From: Reclinomonas americana ATCC 50394
Taxonomy: Eukaryota
Assembly (NCBI GenBank): GCA_048213135.1
Contig: PS015256.1
Span: 6,284 to 52,526, forward strand
Direction: 5' to 3'
DNA: 46,243 nt
A model generated the notes under the pieces. The model did no database searches. It was not told the DNA's origin and worked only from the letters and a program-made list of their open reading frames with translations. The translations under genes and the position numbers were made by a program. Positions 37,701 to 46,243 of this stretch are shown piece by piece (the first letter of the stretch is position 1; each line of letters begins with the position of its first letter).

Positions 37701-38365
37701 CGAAGAAGAAAAAGAAGAAGAGAAGGAGAAAGAAAGGAGGAGGACGAAGGAGAAGATGAGGAAGAAGAACAAGTGCAATGTGGAGAAGAAGGGGAGGCAC
37801 ACCAAGGAGAGATCGAGACGAGCAAGGAAGAAGAGGAAGAGGAAGAGACAGTCAAGAGTAAGAGACAAGAGGCACTGACCGTTCTCCGCGGCACACGCCT
37901 GCGCCACAGCCACTGCCGCGGCCATATTATACCGCCACAGCTCATGCACCGAGGCCACGCGCAGCACCAGCGTAAAATACAAATTCCCCACCGTCGTTGC
38001 ACCCTCCACCTCATCCTCTTCGTCATCCCTATCGAAATCAATCGTGCGCGGCGGCATCTTCACCTGCGCATTCGCAGCTGGCGATGCAAATGATCGACCT
38101 GATCGACCTCGACCTGCACGTTGTTCCTCTGCCAATACGATCATTCCGTGTGGAGCATCATCGCGATCGACCAGCTCACGAGCATCGTCCTTACGTTTTA
38201 CATTGTGAGCTGGCCTGGATGCGTTTCTTTATGTATTTCTTGCGCGTGTTGTCGTACCTGCGTTGACTCTGTGGATTGGTAGTACACTGCGCGATGTCGA
38301 CCGAGCGATTCGGTTTGGAGCTCTTGTTGGAAGCGGCGCCAGAGGAATGCCGAGCGCAACAACAT
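36898..38365 (-). CDS. Biotin--protein ligase (BirA-like, no HTH domain)
   Basis: STESTQDDAR, IVLAEEQRAGRGRSGRSFASP, GNLYFTLVL, IKWPNDVWIGERKVCGLL, GIGVNV, and a C-terminal G.AVGFTEDGLLRV..GDV. Confidence 0.92.
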
Positions 38366-38859
38366 CGATGTTTTGATTGTTGATTTTCCAGAGGCCGATT
38401 GGTCGGTCGGGCGCGGAGACTCAATCACAAATGAGCTGTTGCGTGTGGGTTGTGTTCGATTGCGCCGCGCGTGTGCGTGCGTGTGCAAGGGAGAGGGCGG
38501 CATAGAGAGTGTGCGTGTTCTGGTGTGCTGTGTGTGTTGCTTGTTGGGCGTGTGCCGTTTTGTAACGGTCTGGGCATCTCGTGCGCGTGTTGCGTGTGTG
38601 GCTTGCTTGTGTGGCGGGTGTGTGGTGGTGTGTGTGGTGCGCGATGCGGCGCGGTGTGTGGCGTTTCGTTGGTGACGTGTGTGTGTTGCTGGGCGCGGTG
38701 ATTTCCGCTCTCTTCGCCCGTACTTTGCTGTCACTGTGTGTGTGTGTTCGTGTGCACATCGTGAGTGTGCGTATGTGTGAGAGTGAGAGAGTGGAGAGAG
38801 CGGAGTGTGTGTGTGTGTGTGTGTGCGTGCTTGTGAGAGAGTGGTTGACATCTGGGGGC

Positions 38860-41800
38860 ATGGCCACGAACACGCACGCACTCGCGCAGTCAGTGTGTTT
38901 TGCGTGTGTGCGAGGCGAGCTGCAGAGGAGAGAGTGCGAGTGAGAGAGACAGCAGCAGCGAGTGCGTTTTGCGCCCAAGTGATCTCATTTTCGTTTTGTT
39001 CTTTTGCCCATTCAGCGTACACGGGCGACCTTGTTGGCGGTGAGTGTGTTGTGTGGGTACAGCATGCACGCTGAGTACTCCTGTGTCTAATCCGTCATCT
39101 TAGGCAAGCGCCACGGTCGTGGCAAGCTGGTGCTGGAGAATGGAGACGTGTATGAGGGCGAGTGGAAGGTGCTTTGATGATGATAACGATGATGTTGTTG
39201 GCGAGAGTGTGTGTATTGACTCCGTGCGTGCTGAGTAGGACAACCGCATGCATGGCCGCGGCGTGTATGTGTGGTCGGATGGCGCCAAATACGACGGCGA
39301 GTGGAGGGATGGTCAGCGCACGGGTCAGGGCACACTCCGGGAGGTGAATGGATGGGTGTGCACGGGTCAGTGGGTGGACGGCGCTCTGCATGGACAGGGT
39401 GTGCAAGATGGTGCCGATGGCAGTCGGTGCGTGGGCGCAGTGCTGGGAGCGTGCGCGTGCAGCCGAGGTTGGTGACCGATTGATTTGACGCAGGTACGAG
39501 GGCGAGTGGGTCAAGGGCAAGAAGGAGGGCTACGGAGAGGTATCTTGCTTGCATGCATGCACCTCGATCACGACGGGATTCCTTACTCACACGCATGCAT
39601 CGTTGTTGCTTTCCCGACATTGCAGTTCAGATTCCCAGGTGTGTGTGCACGCTCGGCACGCTGCGAGAAGCCGCATGCAGTTTCTGTGTGAGCGAGTGAC
39701 TGACGTCATGTGGTTCCTGTGTGATTCAGATGGCGAGCGATACACGGGAGAGTGGAAGGTGTGCATCGCATCATCACGTCTCGCAGTATATGTGTGTGAT
39801 TGAGCAAGTGAGTGACGGTCGGTGTGATGATGCGTGCAGAACAATCGCCGACACGGCCAGGGCACATGTCAGTACGCCGACGGCACGATCTACAAGGGCC
39901 AGGTGGGAGAGTGATGGGAAGACGGGGCGCTCTTGCAGCAGTGTGGCCGACGCGTGTTTCCCTCTTTATCTGTGCAGTGGAAGAACGGTCTGCAGCACGG
40001 CCACGGCATGCGCGAGAATCCCAACGGCATGAAGTACGACGGTGAGGGCACGGCGTCATTATATTCTCTTGCCGCCCACCCACTGGTCCTTAATGTCGTG
40101 CATTGTCCTTGTGCAGGCGAGTGGGTGGAGGGACAGCACGAGGGCGTCGGTCACCACGTGTGGCCCGATGGTGAGTGCATGCATGCTCACTGCCTGCAAA
40201 GTAATCTGTTACGAACAGCATGCTCACGTTGGTTGTGCGCAGGTGCCGAGTACGCTGGAGAGTGGAAGGCCCACAAGATGTGCGTCCTTCTTGATGTTGT
40301 GCGCGTGTAGGAGTGCTCTGGGAACTCACTTGGGTGCATTGCTGTGCAGGCACGGCAAGGGCGTGTTGAGGCAAAAGGTTGGGGGATTGATGGATCGTCG
40401 ACTCTGTTGGTGGAGAACTGTGCATTGTCTGACACGTGGAGACGGTGGTGAGTAGAATGGCGCGGTGTACGATGGTCAGTGGGAGTTTGGCAAGCGCAGT
40501 GGCTATGGAATCGCCACCGGTCCGGACAACACGAGATACGAGGTGGGTGACAGGAGGAGTCACTGTTGTCCGCCAGGTTTCTGTTGGTGAGCCGACGTGC
40601 TCACGTGCATGCGCAGGGCGAGTGGAAGCTTGACCGCAAGCACGGATTTGGTGTTTATCGCTGGGAGGATGGCGCCGTGTTGGTGGGTCCTGTGTTTTGC
40701 AGGAGTGCGATGTACGTGACCGCGACTGATGCGTTGTTTCGTCTCGTGCGCGCAGGAGGGTTACTTTGCCGACGGACACATGAATGGACCCGGCATTGAG
40801 ACGGAGGCCGATGGTCGTGTGTTTGATGTCGTGTATCGTGATGGAAAGTGCATTCGCAAGGTGGAGCGCACGGAGCCGAAGCCCGTTGGTTTGTGTTTTT
40901 ATTGCGACGCAGCACCGACCCGTCGGCATGGGAATTATCTCACTGCAATTTCCGTGGACGCAGGCAACACGGATGCCCAAAAGGCAGCCATTGCGCGCAT
41001 TGCTTCCGAATCGGTGCCGGCCAGCTCGTCCGGTCAGTCGGCAAGCACCCCATCAGGGTCGTCACACCAGGCCGAGGAAACCGAACGCATGCAGGAGGCT
41101 GTCACACTTGCAGCAAAGGTCGGCGCTCATGTCGTTGTTTGATGCAGTCAGTCTCGCGCTGTGGCGACTCACACGTGGAGCACAGGAGCAACAAAATCGC
41201 GAGGCCACATCGAATGCGTCCATGCCAGCCGCCTTTGCCGCAGATTCCAACTCGTTCGCCTCGGCACAGTCCTTCCTGCCGACTCAGCCAGCACGTGGTG
41301 CCACCGGTTCATCTGGTGTGTGTGTGTTGCACGTCACAGGTTTTCTACTGCAGGTCAAAGACAGAGGACTGACTGAGGTGTTCCTCGCGGTGTAGCTGCT
41401 GGAGCCGAGGCCGCTGTACAGAAAGGATTCAAGACGGTTCGGTTGCCCAACGGCGACATGTACGAGGGCGAGACAGTTGACAATCAGATGCATGGGTGTG
41501 TTTTTATGGCAGACAACTTGACCTCCAAAGTGCTGATCTGACATCCTTTTGTATTCTGTCGGGGTTGTGCGCAGCTTTGGCACGTACACGTTTAGCGATG
41601 GCACAGTGGTGCGTCTTCTCCCGATGTTTGTTAAGATGCAGAATGTGTGTTCTTACTCTCTTGGTCGTCGTCATTGCAGTACGTCGGCAACTGGGTTCAC
41701 AACCAGAAGAGCGGGCGCGGTGTACTGCGTGAGCCGGAGGGAGTGACGTATGACGGCGAATGGTTTGTGGTGTGCCTGAGGAGCGTGGAGTAGGAAGTGT

Positions 41801-43438
41801 GGGGCTCACGTTATTCTCACCAGGTACATGGATCACATGCACGGACGCGGCACGCAAACATTCCCCGACGGGAGCTCGTACGAAGGAGGTTTGTGAAATG
41901 ACGATGTTTTGTTTCCATGTCGGCAGTCACTCACTGTCGTCTCTTTTCATGTCACAGAATTCCAGGTAAACACAATGCAACGACACGTCCTGCATCGACG
42001 GACTTCATTGATTAATCATTGTTTGTGCAGGGTGGAGTCAAGCACGGCAAGGGTGTGCAGCGATTCGACGACGGAGGTTTGTTTGTCGCGACGTCCTCAT
42101 TGAATCTGCGCTCTTGCTGATCTTCAGTTGCACACTATAGAATGCTACGAGGGCATGTGGAAGAATGATGTGCGACACGGCCACGGAAAGGCGGTGTATG
42201 CTGGTGAGTGGTTNNNNNNNNNNNNNNNNNNNNCTGACTGCAGGGCGAGTGGGCTGATGGCAAGAAGAACGGCTGGGGCAAGATTGTGCACTCGAGTTGA
42301 GTTGCCTGTGTTTCTCTCTCTCTCGCATCTTCCTCAGCGCCACTCACTCCCTCACCCCTCCACAGACGGAATGAGCTACGAGGGCGAGTGGAGGGATTCA
42401 CGGCAGCACGGTCAGGGCACGCACCGCTGGCCCGACGGCTCAGTCTACGAGGGCGGCTGGTTCGAGCACCGCATGCACGGCTACGGCATTTTGCGCCGCG
42501 CCAATGGCGTCGTGTACGAAGGGTGCGCCCGGATTTTCACCGTCTTGAATGCATAGTGTTTGCCGCTCACGAGTTGAGGTGTGACACAGAATGTTTGAGA
42601 ATGGTAAGCAGAATGGACACGGTGTGTTGAAGCTGGCCGACGGAGCGCGCTACGAAGGCGAGTTCCGCAATGGACAGCGACACGGCCACGGCGTCTACAC
42701 GTGGGCTGACGGGTGAGTCCAGTTTTCCGCCACCTCCGCAAGTTTCGTCGCTTCTTTTACTGACTCGTTTTTTTGCAGTGGTACCTACGAGGGCAACTTT
42801 ACCGATGGTGCGCGCAGAGTCACCCCTTACTTTCCCGCATGTGCGCACGCTTATGCATCCTCTTGTGCAGGCCTGATGGACGGCGAGGGCATTGAGCGCG
42901 AGAGCGACAAGATCTTTGATGTGGTGTACCGGGAGGGCCAGTGTGTCCAAAAGGTGGAACGAGTAACAGAGACCACGGCTGCGCTGGCCGCCGCTCACGT
43001 GGCCAAGGAGTTTGGTGGTTTGACGCTGGAGGGTGGCTCTGTGGTCACCGCAACACCGGCACCGCCCGCCGCACCGTCAGCGTCCGCACCACCGTCGGTC
43101 GGCGGCTACATGTCGGCGCAGTCGGTTCATGTCGGCGCCGCCGGCGGCTCCAACATTACGCGCAACATGAGCATTGTCGACTTTGTGGCCGAGGTCGGCG
43201 TGCGCCGCAAGTGGCAGGCCGCTCAGATTCAGGACATTACCGCAAAACTGAGCGACAATGTTGCGTCTCAACGCACTCACTGCCAACGCTCCTCGTGCCT
43301 CACTGACTCGCACTCTTTCTGCAGATGATTTGCGATGTGCAAACGCTGCTGGAGAACACGGACATTCTGACGACCGAGTGCGGCATTCCAAAGCCGGCCG
43401 CTCGCGTGCTCGAGCAGCATGCCAAGGAGGCCGAGTAA
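38860..43438 (+). CDS. MORN-repeat protein with two MORN arrays and a small C-terminal (SAM-like?) domain
   Basis: Many YEGEW..G..HG.G repeats split over short exons and micro-exons. A linker joins the two arrays in frame; stop TAA at 43436-43438. Start uncertain. Confidence 0.87.
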
Positions 43439-43625
43439 TTCTTTTGTGTATCGTGGAATAAGTGTTGGGGAAGAGAAGTGTGATGTGCTTTTTTTCTCTC
43501 TTTTTCAACCATTTGTGCAGCACCATTAAAGAGAATGAGGGGAGAAGTACGCGCCTGTCGCAAACCAACGCACAACAGTCCGGCGAGCCATTTTTTTACT
43601 ACTCTGGCAAACTGACGCGCCGGCC

Positions 43626-46115
43626 TCAGAAGCGCATCGACTCACTGCCGTCCATTTCGACGCGACGCCGTGATGGACTTCCTCTGCGCAGCGAGCGAGC
43701 AAGTCAGAACAGGAGGCAGGGGGGAAAGGGAGAGAGGGAGAGGAAGGGGGAAGGGGGAAAGGAGGAAATTGACGAGGGGAACAAGTGCATGATGTGAGAA
43801 ACAAGAACACAAACTGGATGCAGAGGATGGGAAGGGAAAGGGAGAGAGGGAGAGAAAGGGGGAAGGGAGGAAATTGACGAGGAGAACAAGTGCATGATGT
43901 GAGAAACAAGAACACAAACTGGATGCCGAGGATGGGAAGGGAAGGGAGAGAGAGAGAGGAAGGGGGAAGGGAGGACATTGACAAGGAGAACAAGTGCATG
44001 AAGAACACAAACTGGATCAGAGGATGAGAAGGGGACAGGAGCAATGCGCACGAGGGAGAAGGGGCTTAACAGGAGGAGATGGACACATTCATACAGACAA
44101 AACACTGTCACACACAACTGTCCCCCCTTACCCCATCCCTCTTCCTCTCTCTCTCTCTCNNNNNNNNNNNNNNNNNNNNTTCTTACTTTTTCGTTTCCCC
44201 TTCGCCTTCTCCTTCTCTCACCTCTCTCTCCCCACTTCCCCTTCCCTCTTTCCCCCTTTGCCCTTCCCTCCCTCTCCCATCTCTCACAAGCAGAGTGATA
44301 CACGCACACGCAACTCGACATCGGGGGTCGCCGGCGTGGCGGTCCGCTTCATGCCCAGATCCTGATTCAGCTTCTTAAAGTGCACGCACTGCTTCATAAC
44401 ATACTCCAATATCCTCTTGGCGGCCACGTGCGGCATCACCACGCCATCCTCGTTGTCCTTTTCGACGTTGATGTTGAGCACTTGTCTGTCGAGGTGGCAA
44501 ATGCGTGAGTGGCAAGAGATCACTTGGAAGGCACCGCACTGACGACTCACCCGCACTGCTGTACATAGTAGACAATGTCCTCGCGATCGCACTTGTTGGT
44601 CAGCTGCGCCAATCGAGCACGCTCCGATGCAAACTCCTCGTCCAGGTCGAAAAGATCGAGTCCCGGTGGTGGCGGGTCACGCACAATCGGTGCAAACACC
44701 GCCGGCGTCAGCGGCGGCAGTGGCGTCTCGAACTGCGAGGTCGAAAACACGTGATGAGGCGGTGCACACAGAGACGGAGAGACAATTTAGGAAACACAAA
44801 ACCTCTGGCGGGATGAGTGTCAGCGACTCGTGCTTCACACCAAGCTCGGCATACAGTGCCACCGTCTCTGGCACCAGCGCCATGTCAAACGTGAAAAGAT
44901 CCTCGGAGAAGAGCGATAAGTAGTCCTTGGAGACCTCCTCGGTCTCCTGTAGACAATTCTTGGCTTTCTCTGCCAGACTCTGAATGTCGGGTACGAAGTT
45001 GTAGTCGTTGACCTGCAGAGACAATGGACAGTGGATGAGTGGGTGACGAAGAGAGGATTAGGAGGGAAGGTTATCACGGCACCTCGGGGTTCTTGGCATC
45101 AATGCGGTTCAGCTTGATGATCTCTGCCGTCTTGGCGGTGTCCACCATGCCCTTGGCCTTCAGCTTCACCTCCTCGCCCGCTTGCAGCAGCCATCGCATC
45201 ACAATCTGCACGCATGACATGCGTGAGGAGAGCCGCAAGGGAGAAAGGGAGTGGCGGGAGAGCGCACATCGTGAAGCGTGTTGTTTTCCTCTTTTGACCA
45301 CCACGCGTCCTCAAAGATCAACTCGCTGCCCATCACGACCATGCGACCGCCGCCCTCCACCTTCAAACAATGACAGCAGTCAATAACAACAAGCAGCAGG
45401 GGGGTGTAACGACAACACACAGACTAACCTCGCAAAAGGCGCACACTGGCCGGTTCAGTGGGTACGCGACAAAGCCGGTGGTCAGCACTGGGATTGCGGG
45501 CTTTTGTACATCCAGTGTGGCACCGTAGGGATAAACAAAGGTGAGGTTGTTGCTGCATGCGCAAGCGAGAAGTGAGAAGACTGCCGCGGTGTGCAGTGAC
45601 TGCACACTCCATAAAACGCAACGACATGCCGGTGACTGTCCGATCGGCGTACATGTCACCCACTGGCTTGCCGGCAGCCTGGTTAATCGCGCGATTGCAC
45701 ACACCGTTCGTGATGGCGCACTGTGGACGGACAGAGATGAGAAGGGCAGAACGGAGACAACAAGATGTAAACGAGCGACAGCACCTCCTTGGGGTGGAAA
45801 TACTTGTAAAACACAGCGCGAATGACAGCATCGCTCGACACCGACACGCCGTACTCCTCCAGCAGAAAGTTGATGTTGGTGTTGTGCGACTTCTCACCGC
45901 CCTCGCCAATCATCACCAGCAGACTCTTGCCCGCGGCCAAGAACGACTTGAGCGCGTCAAACTGCGGGCACACACGTGAGACAACATCTCAAGGCCGTCT
46001 GTGTCTCTCCCACTGGTGACTTGCCTCCTCGCCCTTGAAGGGTGCGTTGGGTCCATTGATCACAAACAGATCGCACTGAGAGAGCGCCGCCTCACTGATT
46101 TCATCGTCGTTCAAT
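43626..46115 (-). CDS. IFT52: Intraflagellar transport protein 52; 5' end outside the window
   Basis: NINFLLEEYG, YKYFHPKE, LTFVYPYGATL, AYPLNRPV, FETPLPPLTPAVF and LFDLDEEFASE. The last exon 43626-43683 is inferred via intron 44314-43684; the alternative stop is at 44284. Confidence 0.95.
43755..44035. repeat. ~105-bp tandem repeat, three copies, in the probable last IFT52 intron
   Basis: acaagtgcatg at 43781, 43886 and 43990, each followed by aagaacacaaactggat. Confidence 0.88.
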
Positions 46116-46157
46116 CTGTGTTGCAGGAAGATGATGATCAGTGAACGTGTGAGGGAG

Positions 46158-46191
<34 letters not shown>

Positions 46192-46243
46192 GGAGGGGGA
46201 GGGGGAGGGGAGGGGAGGGAGGGAGGGAGGAGAGAGAGAGGAG

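Noticed and set aside
37535-37878. Poly-Ser/Pro or poly-Glu/Lys ORFs inside the biotin ligase
   Set aside because: This is a GT-AG intron filled with purine/pyrimidine repeats; removing it restores ENVEARIKWPND.

Overview
Intron-dense, GC-rich eukaryotic (protist-like) genomic scaffold with mostly 55-90 nt spliceosomal introns, microsatellites and assembly gaps. The organism is probably flagellated (CEP290, IFT52), but I cannot identify the species. Manual splicing supports these genes: two R2R3-Myb genes; a tandem pair of an unrecognised ~140 aa domain; a highly divergent G-protein alpha-like pseudo-GTPase; a GT61-like glycosyltransferase; a protein ending in a VWA5A/PARP4 C-terminal-like domain; a LIV-1/ZIP transporter with a His-rich C-terminal tail; CEP290; a split ARPC4; a degenerate class III nucleotide cyclase fused to two receiver domains; a BirA-type biotin ligase; a double MORN-array protein; and IFT52. 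Two contigs bounded by 20-N gaps (16494-17388 and 33296-34473) appear inverted, since flipping them repairs the genes at both ends. The most notable signals are the Galpha-like pseudo-GTPase, a recurrent shifted 5' splice site GTTGCG, the cyclase-REC-REC fusion, and an array of seven near-identical intron-like units in apparently non-coding DNA. All family calls come from motif recognition by eye; no database search was run.
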